IMG/VR virus record: IMGVR_UViG_3300035703_000010
Span: 1-64,000 of that record
DNA: 64,000 nucleotides
Direction: 5' to 3' (one strand)
Below the pieces are notes generated by a model, which worked only from the letters and a program-made list of their open reading frames with translations, did not search any database and was not told the DNA's origin. A program made the translations under genes and the position numbers. Below, in pieces: positions 38,638 to 47,933 of this stretch (position 1 is its first letter; every line of letters starts with the position of its first letter).

Positions 38638-39757
38638 CTTTTAGAAATTTTTCCCAAACTTCCCAGTAATAATCATTAAAAATTTTAAGATTCATTTCTT
38701 CCATCCCAAATTTTAAGCTCCTTTCATAACCTGGATCTTTTAAAATTTTTTCTATTGCTTCTGCAGCTTCATTTGGAGTTTCAACAATAACTGAGTTAAT
38801 TTTGTCTACTAAATAGTTTGTAGAATTAGATGAAAGAACATATTTTTTTGTTGTAATAATAGGAATTCCTGAGTTTAAACAATAATAAAAAACTCCGCCG
38901 CCCCAATCAGTTTGTTTGAAGTGTACTGCTGCTTTTAAATTTTTAGTAATTTTATAAGATTGCCTTGGAGAAATTGTCGAAAATTTACCAGTTACGCCAT
39001 TTTTTTCAGAAAATCTTATATCTGCGCCGGCTGACCGAATGTTTCCTCCAAAATTTTTTACTTCTTCAACGTTTTTTTCTTTTAAAATTAAATTCATTTT
39101 AACAAAAAACTTGTAGTCATCTGGTTGCCTGACTTCAAAATTATGATTAAATGATGCAAATTGTAATGAATCTACAACATTAAACTCGCTATCTATGTCT
39201 AACAATTTAGTTTCAAAATCTACGCAAAAAACATTAACGTTATTAACGTTCGTATGTTTAGATTCATAGTTAGCTGGAATAAACTTAGCTACGTTTTTTG
39301 GTCTGTGATTTCCAGGATCATGGTTCCATGCATTCATTGTTGATGAAACCCATTTTGCGTTTGGAAAATATTCGTTAGCTACCTTGAAGTAATGTAATAA
39401 ACTTTCTTCGCCTCCTCTTAAAGTATGAAAAATTTCTATTCCGGGATTTTTTTCATTTAAATCTATTATTTCGCAAGATATGTCTTCATCATATAAGCAA
39501 CATGATTTAAATGTTTTCAGAAAAAAATCTTCTCCAAAAAATGCATTGTTTTCCTGGAATGGATAAAGATCAAGATTTCTTTTGCTTTTATCAATTGAAG
39601 ATTTGCACAATAAGATAGGCCATGTAGCTATTTTTTCCCATTTAAGTCCTAAAGTGCCAGGTTTTGGTACAAAAACTTTATGGCCTAACTTTGAATAATG
39701 ATAGATCATAGATGTTAATCCACTTCTATCATCAGTTGGAAAAATAAAAATATTCAT
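38624..39757 (-). CDS. Putative glycosyltransferase (divergent GT-B)
   Basis: KLGHKVF; C-terminal AVHFK..DWGGG.FYY.L..GIPII...D..N..IVET..EAAEAI. Confidence 0.7.
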   Translation of the reverse strand: MNIFIFPTDDRSGLTSMIYHYSKLGHKVFVPKPGTLGLKWEKIATWPILLCKSSIDKSKRNLDLYPFQENNAFFGEDFFLKTFKSCCLYDEDISCEIIDLNEKNPGIEIFHTLRGGEESLLHYFKVANEYFPNAKWVSSTMNAWNHDPGNHRPKNVAKFIPANYESKHTNVNNVNVFCVDFETKLLDIDSEFNVVDSLQFASFNHNFEVRQPDDYKFFVKMNLILKEKNVEEVKNFGGNIRSAGADIRFSEKNGVTGKFSTISPRQSYKITKNLKAAVHFKQTDWGGGVFYYCLNSGIPIITTKKYVLSSNSTNYLVDKINSVIVETPNEAAEAIEKILKDPGYERSLKFGMEEMNLKIFNDYYWEVWEKFLKGVYE

Positions 39758-39775
39758 ATTATTTCTTTTATTAGA

Positions 39776-40687
39776 TTAAAAATCAAATTCTGGTCCTTCT
39801 AACAAAACCTTGCTTTGAGGATATTTTTTTTGATCTCCATTTTCAGTCTGATAAGTCCATCCAATAGGATTGCATACATCAACAAAACTTAAAGGAGCGA
39901 AAGAATCTTGTTTTTTATAATACTCTTCTGGAGAAATTTTTTCATAATATTCTCCAGAAGAAGAAGGAGCATCTAAATAATACCCATATCGTTTATTGCC
40001 TCGTATGAAAGCGTATCCTCCTCTTGGGTCGTTCCATACAGGGGCAAATAAAGGAACCCAACTGCAATAATTCAATTGCAAATTAGGCAATTTTGATTTT
40101 AAATGAGAATCGTACCAGTCTTCTGATCTACCCCAAAATTCTTGAGTTTGTGGCCAATCAACTGGATAATTTCCAAACTTTTCAAAAATTTCTTTTTTAA
40201 AGAAACCCATAGTCGGAAAGTGGTTATCTAACGGCAAATAGTATTTGTAGTTTTTATTTTTTATTACTAAATTTTTATTAAATTTATTTTGAATAGTGGA
40301 TCTTCTAACCGCGTTAACTTCCAGAGAAAGCATTTCTTTAGAAGAATAGAAATCTTCTACAACTTTTTCTAAAACTTCTTTATTGCCAATAAATTGTAAA
40401 TCATCTTGAAGAAACAAGATTACATCATGCTTTGCATTTTCTATGATAATGTTTTTTGCAATATATTCATCATTAACCCAATTTCTTTCTTCAGGACTTC
40501 TAGAAAATAGTTGATGAATAACCCCGCTTTTTTTCTGCTCTTCAAGATATTCTTTAAGACCATGTTCTATGCTACAATTGTCAACAGCAATAACTTGATG
40601 ATCATTAGAAATTTCTTTTATGCTATTAAAAAGAGATTTTGTGTATTTTAAACGATTAAACGTTGTTATTCCAATTGTTATGTTCAC
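39776..40687 (-). CDS. Glycosyltransferase family 2
   Basis: ITIGITTFNR, IAVDNCS, ILFLQDD. Confidence 0.88.
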   Translation of the reverse strand: MNITIGITTFNRLKYTKSLFNSIKEISNDHQVIAVDNCSIEHGLKEYLEEQKKSGVIHQLFSRSPEERNWVNDEYIAKNIIIENAKHDVILFLQDDLQFIGNKEVLEKVVEDFYSSKEMLSLEVNAVRRSTIQNKFNKNLVIKNKNYKYYLPLDNHFPTMGFFKKEIFEKFGNYPVDWPQTQEFWGRSEDWYDSHLKSKLPNLQLNYCSWVPLFAPVWNDPRGGYAFIRGNKRYGYYLDAPSSSGEYYEKISPEEYYKKQDSFAPLSFVDVCNPIGWTYQTENGDQKKYPQSKVLLEGPEFDF

Positions 40688-40696
40688 TTTTTAACC

Positions 40697-41584
40697 TCAG
40701 CTTAAAATAATCTTCCAAAACGATTCCATAGATTCTTTCCACTTTGGAGGAGTTTTAGAATTTTTTAAAAAATTTCTTTTTGATAATATCTGTTCAATTT
40801 CAAAGAAATTTTTATAAACATGTTGTTTACCTACAAATTCAACGGCGCCGCCTCCTTCAGCATGAACGTATGTTGGAAGTCCAACTGCAATTGATTCTAA
40901 AACGTGATTAGGTCCAGGATCATGTCTAGACGCGCTAACATAAACGTCATATTTACATAATTCATCAGCTAAAGCTTTTCCGTATAGCGGAGGTATCGTT
41001 TTTGAATTAGAAAAAGTTCCTCTATCTCTTCCTATATACGTGAATGATATTTTATCGTTTTTAGTACTTAAGTAATCTAAAAATTCGTAAACATCAAAAC
41101 CTTTTAAGTAGTTATTAGACCAATGATGAGTTACAATTTTTAAAACATCATCATTCTTTTCTTGATAATTTGTATTAAAAAAATCTTCATCAACTCCGTT
41201 ATATAAAACGGATTGATTTTTGCAAATCCACCCTTTGTTATTAAAGTAATTTTTCATCCAATTACTTACAAAAATAGTTTTTGTATTAATCGCGCTACAT
41301 TGTAATAACAATTGATCCATATGTTCTGTGTTTTTTCTTGCGTCACATTCATTAATCCTTTGAATGACGGGTATTTTTTTTCTTGATATAAATTTTGCAG
41401 CATCATTTATATCGAATGATTTATCTCTTCGAGGATCGACCAAAAAAATTAGATCAGTATCATCAGTTAACTTATCAGTTAATTCAACTCCATCTGGAAC
41501 AGATGAATAAACTGCTTTAACAAAATTATTGCCACCGCCGTACGGTCCAGAAATAGGAGCTCTATTAATTGCAATTTTAACCAT
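40697..41584 (-). CDS. Glycosyltransferase family 4-like
   Basis: GPYGGG, YNGVD, KG.D, DVYVSASRHDPGPNHVLES.AVGLP. Confidence 0.85.
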   Translation of the reverse strand: MVKIAINRAPISGPYGGGNNFVKAVYSSVPDGVELTDKLTDDTDLIFLVDPRRDKSFDINDAAKFISRKKIPVIQRINECDARKNTEHMDQLLLQCSAINTKTIFVSNWMKNYFNNKGWICKNQSVLYNGVDEDFFNTNYQEKNDDVLKIVTHHWSNNYLKGFDVYEFLDYLSTKNDKISFTYIGRDRGTFSNSKTIPPLYGKALADELCKYDVYVSASRHDPGPNHVLESIAVGLPTYVHAEGGGAVEFVGKQHVYKNFFEIEQILSKRNFLKNSKTPPKWKESMESFWKIILS

Positions 41585-41603
41585 TCATAAAATTTTATAA
41601 ATT

Positions 41604-42506
41604 TTATAATGATTGTATCAAAGTTCTATAAGGATCATATCCTTTAGGAAGTTTCCATTCTTCTACGTCTGGTATGCTAGGAATTGCAAAAGTTACATCG
41701 TCTGAAATTGACGATTGAGGTAAAATTTGAGAAGCAATTCCTATGTTTCTAGAAACCACTGGAATGTTTAAAAGACCGCATTCAATAAGCGATTGTGGAC
41801 CTCCTTCGCATCTAGCAGTTACAGGATATAAATCTAATGTTTGATATAGCTCATTAATCGTTTTTTGATCTGGTCTATCGAAATATGTAAATGAAATATT
41901 CGACGCAGTTAATCGATTGATAATATACTGCCTTCTCCATCCTGCTAAAACTACATGTAAATTTTGTTTTTCTTTTGACCATTTTTCTATTGCGTCAGCT
42001 AGAAGATCTGGTCCTTTTTCTAGTTTTGGAGAAATTAAGTCTTTACCTTCTGTATCTCTTTGAAATGATCCAATTAAAAATCCATTTTCAGGTAAATTAT
42101 GTTTTTTTCTTAGACTTTGTTTTTCTTCTGTTTGATACCAAATATTTTGATTTGCCCAATACTTTAATAAGTGAATAGGCTTAGAAGTAAACTTTCTAAT
42201 AAAGTCTGACGTTTGTTCATTGTAAACATGATATGCTGTAGTAATTTTATCTCTTAACAAAAAATTATGAACGTCAATGTCTTTAAACTTTTCTGGAACT
42301 ATATGATGTACTGTCGTTAGAACTTTTTTATTTTTTAATAGTCCTTTAAAAAACATTTGTTCCCAACACCAATCAGCAAGTAGCCAAACAACATCAGCGT
42401 CTTTGGGATTTAACACGCTGATATCTTTGTTGTCTTCATTCCACTCTTTTACAAAACGGTCAACAATCCAGTCTTCTGATGGCGGGAGGACATACACTTT
42501 ATTCAT
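41604..42506 (-). CDS. Glycosyltransferase family 4-like
   Basis: IGSFQRD, KGPD, DLYPVTARCEGGPQSLIEC....PVVS. Confidence 0.85.
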   Translation of the reverse strand: MNKVYVLPPSEDWIVDRFVKEWNEDNKDISVLNPKDADVVWLLADWCWEQMFFKGLLKNKKVLTTVHHIVPEKFKDIDVHNFLLRDKITTAYHVYNEQTSDFIRKFTSKPIHLLKYWANQNIWYQTEEKQSLRKKHNLPENGFLIGSFQRDTEGKDLISPKLEKGPDLLADAIEKWSKEKQNLHVVLAGWRRQYIINRLTASNISFTYFDRPDQKTINELYQTLDLYPVTARCEGGPQSLIECGLLNIPVVSRNIGIASQILPQSSISDDVTFAIPSIPDVEEWKLPKGYDPYRTLIQSL

Positions 42507-43438
42507 GAATGTAAAACGCTTTCTAAAAACGAAAGATAATCATTTAATGTTCGTTGCATTGAAACATCAAAACAGTGAGATAAATCATTCTTATGGGGTA
42601 AACGATTCTTTATTTGTGCTACGTCAATTTTAGGAGGATTATCGTAGTCAGTTAGTTCAAAGTTATATTCTTTTTCTTCTTTTAAAATAACTCCATACCC
42701 CTGAACTAGTTCTTTTGTTCCTCCATGTTCAGAACAAATAACTGGTGTTCCTTGTGATAAGGATTCTACTACAGTATTTGGACAATGGTCTAACCATGCA
42801 AGATGTAACATCCAATTAGCTGCAGAAAATATTTCTAAACAAACTTCGTGGGGTTGAGATCCTGCATAAAAAACGTGAGGATCAGCGACTTTTATTGGAT
42901 TAGATCCTAAAACTATAAGAGCAGCTGAAGAATAAAAATTTCTTAAATGTTTATATAACTCTATGTTTTGTAACAAACGTTTTTGAGGATGCCAATTTGC
43001 AGAACATACGAATAACATTTCGTATTGTTGTCTAATTTGTTCTAATACAGGTATTTGAAATTTTTTAATTTCTGGTGCATTAATACCGTTTCGAATTATT
43101 TCGAATTTTTTTGGATATCCCCACCACTTCGTAGTCATGCCTTTATCAAATGCTGACTGCCATATTACAGCATCAGCTGATTGATAAAGCTTTTTTATAG
43201 AAGAGTTTTTTGTTTCAAACTCTTCAGGAGAAAACCAAATTCCATCAAGCCTTTGAACAACTTTTTTTGCTAATGGTCTGCCAGTAGGTTCAATAAAAAC
43301 TATTGAAATTTCAGCTTTTCTACCATCATATAATTCAACTTCATGACCAGATTCTATTAACGCCATAGCTAATCTCTTTCCAAAAGAATTTGGACCAGAG
43401 TTTGAGCTCATATTAACGTTGTCAAGATGTATTTTCAT
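42503..43438 (-). CDS. Glycosyltransferase family 4-like
   Basis: SGP.SF..RL, IRNGI, KRL, LHLAWLDHCPNTVVESLSQGTPVICSEHGGTKELV. Confidence 0.88.
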   Translation of the reverse strand: MKIHLDNVNMSSNSGPNSFGKRLAMALIESGHEVELYDGRKAEISIVFIEPTGRPLAKKVVQRLDGIWFSPEEFETKNSSIKKLYQSADAVIWQSAFDKGMTTKWWGYPKKFEIIRNGINAPEIKKFQIPVLEQIRQQYEMLFVCSANWHPQKRLLQNIELYKHLRNFYSSAALIVLGSNPIKVADPHVFYAGSQPHEVCLEIFSAANWMLHLAWLDHCPNTVVESLSQGTPVICSEHGGTKELVQGYGVILKEEKEYNFELTDYDNPPKIDVAQIKNRLPHKNDLSHCFDVSMQRTLNDYLSFLESVLHS

Positions 43439-43800
43439 GATCTCTTTTTTACTTCAGCAATAAAAGGAATTGCAAATGGAGTCTTATTAAACATCATTGC
43501 CATCAAAGCAATTTCTTTTGTTTCTATGTTAGAAAGACTAGCTCTTTGCGTAAATATATTTGGATCTAACTCTTGATTTCCATTTATAGTTACAGCATCA
43601 TAATACATCTGTGCTATAAAATTTACAGATTCATTAGTCAAAGGAACTGAAGATTCTTTAATGATTTCAGATAAAGAAAAGAAAATATCTTGATAAATTT
43701 CTGAACAAATTTGTGGTGTTAGTTTTTCACCTTTTCTTTTAAATAAGCGTTCAGATAAAAGCTTAGAAATAGATTCATGAAGAGCTTCGCCTTGCATCAT
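43435..43800 (-). CDS. Hypothetical protein within glycosylation island
   Basis: 121 aa helical ORF with ATGA overlaps on both sides. Confidence 0.7.
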   Translation of the reverse strand: MMQGEALHESISKLLSERLFKRKGEKLTPQICSEIYQDIFFSLSEIIKESSVPLTNESVNFIAQMYYDAVTINGNQELDPNIFTQRASLSNIETKEIALMAMMFNKTPFAIPFIAEVKKRS

Positions 43801-44531
43801 TTTACATACCCTCTGTTCCTTAAAAAAACAGCTTCATCCCTTTGAAATATAGCATCATTTGTTTGATATGTTTCAGGAACATCATTAATTGTGTAATGAT
43901 ACATTACTCTAGGTAAGAAAAATCTTTTTTTAGAATTATGAAGAGCTGGTAAATAAATTGCTTGATCTCCTGCTCTTCTGATATAACTTCCATCTTCTCC
44001 TCTATAGTTTTCATCTTTTACTTCATTTAGTAATTTTTTTCTAAATGTTTTTAAATGACTAGAAACCCAAGCATGTTTATACGGATCAACTTCTTGTGAC
44101 ATTGGACAACTTATGTTTTTGTCACTAAATCCCCAACGATGAGCTGTCCATAAAGTATCACATGAAGTTTGAACATAAGCAGAATTGATTATCATCAAAC
44201 AATCAGAATCTGTTAGCCAGTCATCTGCATCAATTCTACAGACGATGTCTTCATCATCACACATTGATAACCCTTGTAATACATTTGCAACTTCCCATTT
44301 TTTTTCAGAGTTCCAAATATTAATGATTCTATTTTGATAAGTTTTTCCTAAGATATTTTTAAAATCATCACAAATTTGAAGAGATTTTTTTGAATGATTT
44401 TCTGAAGACACATCATCGATTAAAATAATTTTCCAATTATCATATGATTGACCGCAAATAGAATGAAGCATTCTGGGTAATGTTTCAGACGCATTATACA
44501 TTGGAGAAATAAACACAAATCTATTATTCAT
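43797..44531 (-). CDS. Glycosyltransferase family 2
   Basis: FISPMYNA, SI..QSY.NW.IILIDD.S, RIDADDWL. Confidence 0.9.
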   Translation of the reverse strand: MNNRFVFISPMYNASETLPRMLHSICGQSYDNWKIILIDDVSSENHSKKSLQICDDFKNILGKTYQNRIINIWNSEKKWEVANVLQGLSMCDDEDIVCRIDADDWLTDSDCLMIINSAYVQTSCDTLWTAHRWGFSDKNISCPMSQEVDPYKHAWVSSHLKTFRKKLLNEVKDENYRGEDGSYIRRAGDQAIYLPALHNSKKRFFLPRVMYHYTINDVPETYQTNDAIFQRDEAVFLRNRGYVK

Positions 44532-45238
44532 TTCATCATCTCATTTGCTTTTTTATAAGATTCATGCGTACCAGCATCTATCCAACCAGTTTCAACATTT
44601 GTGAAAGTTCCAATTCTGTTTTTTACCATGAAAGAGTTTATGTCGCTTACTTCATATTCTCCTCTTGCTGATGGTTTTAAACTTTTAATAACATTAAAAG
44701 CTTCTGGAGTGTAGCAATATACTCCGACTATAGCATCATTGCAAGTTGGATGTTTAGGTTTTTCAACTACATCGGCTATTTTTCCATTTTGATAAACTGG
44801 AATTCCGAATCTTTCTGGATCATGTACTTTTTTAGTAAACAACGCATAGTCATCGTTTGAATCGCTAAATTTTTTTATAGAGTTTGTTATTTTTGAGTAG
44901 TTTTCAAAAATATTGTCTCCTAAGATTGTTACAAATTTTTGATTTCCGACGAATCCTTCGCATAATTGAATTGCTGAAGCAATTCCGTTAGCTACTTCTT
45001 GTATGCAGTAATAAATTGAGCATCCATATTCAGTTCCGGAACCAAGCAACATGGCGAATTGTCCAATGTGCTCTTGTCTAGTAATAATGCAAATTTCCTT
45101 GATACCAGATTCTACTAAAAGATTTATAGAATGAATTATCATAGGCTTTTCGCCTACTGGAAGTAGACATTTACTGGTAAATTTTGTTAAAGGCTGAAGT
45201 CGACTGCTAATCCCTCCAGTTAGAATAATTCCTTTCAT
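44528..45238 (-). CDS. Sugar-1-phosphate nucleotidyltransferase, short RmlA/SpsI-like
   Basis: MKGIIL.GG..SRL.PLT....K.LLPV..KPMI, GIA.A, LGDNIF, PERFG, EKP, PS.RGE.E, W.DAGT.ES...AN. Confidence 0.9.
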   Translation of the reverse strand: MKGIILTGGISSRLQPLTKFTSKCLLPVGEKPMIIHSINLLVESGIKEICIITRQEHIGQFAMLLGSGTEYGCSIYYCIQEVANGIASAIQLCEGFVGNQKFVTILGDNIFENYSKITNSIKKFSDSNDDYALFTKKVHDPERFGIPVYQNGKIADVVEKPKHPTCNDAIVGVYCYTPEAFNVIKSLKPSARGEYEVSDINSFMVKNRIGTFTNVETGWIDAGTHESYKKANEMMK

Positions 45239-47175
45239 TTTTTATTCCTGTTTAACATGATTTTTGGTTGCGCTTTTTCAACTGTTAAATGAGGAGTTGT
45301 AGTTTTGCCATCCCATTTTTGATGCCAAATCCATCCGCCTAATTTTTCTTTAAGCTCTTTAGCTCTTTTTTCAATCATTTCGTCAGTAACTTCTTGCCAA
45401 GGATGATCAAACATCATATTTGAAGCTGAAGTATCTTCGTATTTTTTACCAGATAATGATTCCCAATGTTTTGTCCAATAATCTTTATATAATTTGATCT
45501 TTCTTTCAAGATTATACCAGCTATAATGAAAAACGCCTGGTAAATTATTAACGACATTATTAAACCAAGCATTATAGTCTTTTAATGCTTTTTGATTTCC
45601 TAATAATGCAGATCTTCTTATTTGATCTGCTTCTGCAGTATAGAATGTAACATGATTGATTCTATTTCCAGTTTTAGAATCAATCATGTCGCAACCATCT
45701 GTACCTTCAGCTGCATACAAATCTCCGTTAGAGTCATATCTTCTAAGTTCAACAGGAATGCCATGAGTTATGTTTTGCTTATTTCTACTTAACCTCCACT
45801 TCCAAGGCATGATATCAAGTCGAACCTTTTCAGGACCACCCCAATACTCAATGACTGGTAATGATATTAAATCAACATTTGCTGGAAACTTTGAACACAA
45901 ATCAATTATTTTTTCTGCATCTGACTCATGAACAATTTCATCTGAATCCATTTGCCAACAGAAAGTTGATTTACACATGGATCTTGCTTCTGCTTTTTGC
46001 ATTCCATCAAACACTGCAAATCGTGGATGGTTCCAATCTCTATGAATTTGTTTTATGACAATCTTGTCATTTTTTTCAGATAATTCTTTTAGTTTTTCCC
46101 ATGTGCCGTCAGAAGAACCTCCATCTACAACACATACTTCTTCGCAAAATTGAAGCATAGATTCGATGCATTCTACAAAAGGATAGTCTTGTTTAATGCA
46201 ATTATATACAGTTGTGTATCCACTTATAGATGGCTTATAATCCATCATCTTCTTTATTCCATTCCAAAAAATTGTTGGAGCTGTAAAAAGATATTCTTCA
46301 ATTTCTTTGATGTTTTCTGTATTAAACCATTCTTCATCTTTGTGTTGAACGTTATCATTAAGATGAAGCTTACATCCTAACAATTTTGCTTCTATAACCA
46401 TTCTTGGACACGTATCTTTTCCTTCAGGAAGATATACAAATCCTTCTGCTTTCGAAAACCTATTTAGCATTTCATCATATGAAATATTCCAAACTACGTC
46501 ATGCTCTTTTTTATTTTCTTGGCACCAAAGTTTCGCATTTTTAGCTCCTTTTACCCAAGAATCTGATCCAAGTACTATCCAAGATTTTCTAGGCGTAGAA
46601 GATGAATTAGATTGTTCTCTAAGAAGCTTGATCATTCCTAGAGTATTTTTTGAAAATACGCTGGATAAAACAATGTTCGTTTTTTCTAATAAAAATGGGA
46701 ATAAATTTAGATACCACTCTTTTTGAGCTTCTGACATCCACCATAGTCCTCTAGAACCATAGTAGAAAGCTGATATCAATTTTCCATTAAGTTGTTCTTG
46801 ACAATCGCAATCTTTTCCTGATGCTGATTTATGTTTTTCTGGGGATCTATATCGACAGTATTTATAGTCGTATTCTAATATGCTATATTTTAAATTTCCT
46901 ATGATGGTAGGAATTAATTCTGGATTCAATTGAGCAAAATTTCCAAATATCCAGAATTTGTCGACGCCTTGTTTAAGAAGATCTAAACTTAAATCTTTTG
47001 ATAAAATTTTTGTGTACGGAAGAGGACATTCATCTATTAAAGCTTGAGTTGTTAATTCTGCTCCTCCGACATAATGCTCTGCAAAAAGATCAGCAACAAA
47101 AATTATCTTTGCATCTTGTGGGATAGATAAATCTATCATTTTTGTGCTAAAAATACTTTCATTAAAGTTATTCAA
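45235..47175 (-). CDS. Bifunctional glycosyltransferase (GT-B + GT2 fusion)
   Basis: N-half: GGAELT, FVYLP.GKDTCPRMVIEAKLLGC; C-half: ISGYTTVYN, VVDGGSSDGT, QMDSDE. TTG start with GAGGG SD. Confidence 0.88.
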   Translation of the reverse strand: MNNFNESIFSTKMIDLSIPQDAKIIFVADLFAEHYVGGAELTTQALIDECPLPYTKILSKDLSLDLLKQGVDKFWIFGNFAQLNPELIPTIIGNLKYSILEYDYKYCRYRSPEKHKSASGKDCDCQEQLNGKLISAFYYGSRGLWWMSEAQKEWYLNLFPFLLEKTNIVLSSVFSKNTLGMIKLLREQSNSSSTPRKSWIVLGSDSWVKGAKNAKLWCQENKKEHDVVWNISYDEMLNRFSKAEGFVYLPEGKDTCPRMVIEAKLLGCKLHLNDNVQHKDEEWFNTENIKEIEEYLFTAPTIFWNGIKKMMDYKPSISGYTTVYNCIKQDYPFVECIESMLQFCEEVCVVDGGSSDGTWEKLKELSEKNDKIVIKQIHRDWNHPRFAVFDGMQKAEARSMCKSTFCWQMDSDEIVHESDAEKIIDLCSKFPANVDLISLPVIEYWGGPEKVRLDIMPWKWRLSRNKQNITHGIPVELRRYDSNGDLYAAEGTDGCDMIDSKTGNRINHVTFYTAEADQIRRSALLGNQKALKDYNAWFNNVVNNLPGVFHYSWYNLERKIKLYKDYWTKHWESLSGKKYEDTSASNMMFDHPWQEVTDEMIEKRAKELKEKLGGWIWHQKWDGKTTTPHLTVEKAQPKIMLNRNKK

Positions 47176-47213
47176 TTTTCCCTCAAAAATTACTGTTAAA
47201 GAATATTTAATTA

Positions 47214-47280
47214 AAGATCTAATTCTTATTAGATTTATTCTAAGAAATATCTTAGATATAGATCTATTGTCTTTATAGAT
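47214..47280. promoter_or_regulatory. Array of three tandem TCTA..TAGA palindromes at the divergent strand switch
   Basis: ATCTAAT/ATTAGAT (47217-47234), TCTAAGA/TCTTAGA (47239-47256), ATCTAT/ATAGAT (47262-47280) plus TAGATCTA (47259-47266). Confidence 0.45.
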
Positions 47281-47300
47281 TATTTATAATAGCTAAATAA

Positions 47301-47933
47301 ATGAGGTTGTATATGCCTAGGGGAAAAAATAGCGAAAAAAGTAATTCACTTATGAAAAAAGCTGGACGTCCTAGGAAATATCAATCTTCTGTAGAAGAAG
47401 TTGAACAAGGCTCAGAACATTCAAAAAAAGCTATTGAAACTATTGAAAATAGTTATAAACAAATCATGGAAATGCAAGATAGAATCTTGTCAGCCCCAGC
47501 GATGAATGGTGGATTTACAACTTTGATGTATAAGGTTGAGAACATAGAAAAATCTCAAAGCCAGCTGGTACAAAAAGTTGATCAAATTCATGGAGTTCTT
47601 TACGAACCTGACACAGGCTTGTATGCCAGGCTAAAAAAAGTAGAAAATGATTGCGCTCCAAACGAAATGATAGATGAAATCGAAAAAGATATTCAAGAAA
47701 TAAAGCTTTGGAAAAACTCAGAAGAAAAGCAATCTGAAAAAGAAGAAGTTAAAGACGTAGAAAAAGAAAAAATCTTATCCGATCATGAGACGACAATAAA
47801 AGATCTACAAAGAAGCATAAACAAATACAATGCAGCAACGAAATGGATTGCTGTATCTTTAGGCGGCGGCATAATAAGCATGATTATTAAACTCATATAT
47901 GAATATGTTAGTGGTCACGTAAAAATAGTTTGA
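47301..47933 (+). CDS. Coiled-coil protein with C-terminal membrane anchor
   Basis: Basic N-terminus, long heptad pattern, C-terminal WIAVSLGGGIISMIIKLIYEYV hydrophobic helix. Confidence 0.7.
   Translation: MRLYMPRGKNSEKSNSLMKKAGRPRKYQSSVEEVEQGSEHSKKAIETIENSYKQIMEMQDRILSAPAMNGGFTTLMYKVENIEKSQSQLVQKVDQIHGVLYEPDTGLYARLKKVENDCAPNEMIDEIEKDIQEIKLWKNSEEKQSEKEEVKDVEKEKILSDHETTIKDLQRSINKYNAATKWIAVSLGGGIISMIIKLIYEYVSGHVKIV

Larger units (their letters stand above)
29191..47175 (-). other. Phage-encoded glycosylation island (~18 kb, 19 co-oriented genes)
   Basis: About 12 GT genes plus PseB-, PseC- and PseH-like enzymes, RmlA-like nucleotidyltransferase and UDP-sugar dehydrogenase; many 4-nt stop/start overlaps; no Wzx, Wzy, ABC transporter or phosphoglycosyl transferase. 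Confidence 0.9.

Noticed and set aside
29191-47175. Bacterial O-antigen/capsule locus or gtr seroconversion cassette
   Set aside because: No wzx, wzy, wzz, ABC transporter, gtrA or initiating transferase, and the island is continuous by gene overlaps with the phage sigma and baseplate block.
29191-47175. DNA hypermodification as the main role of the GTs
   Set aside because: Not favoured but not excluded: no dNMP hydroxymethylase, TET/JBP or base kinase in the window, and the GT number far exceeds known DNA-glycosylation systems.
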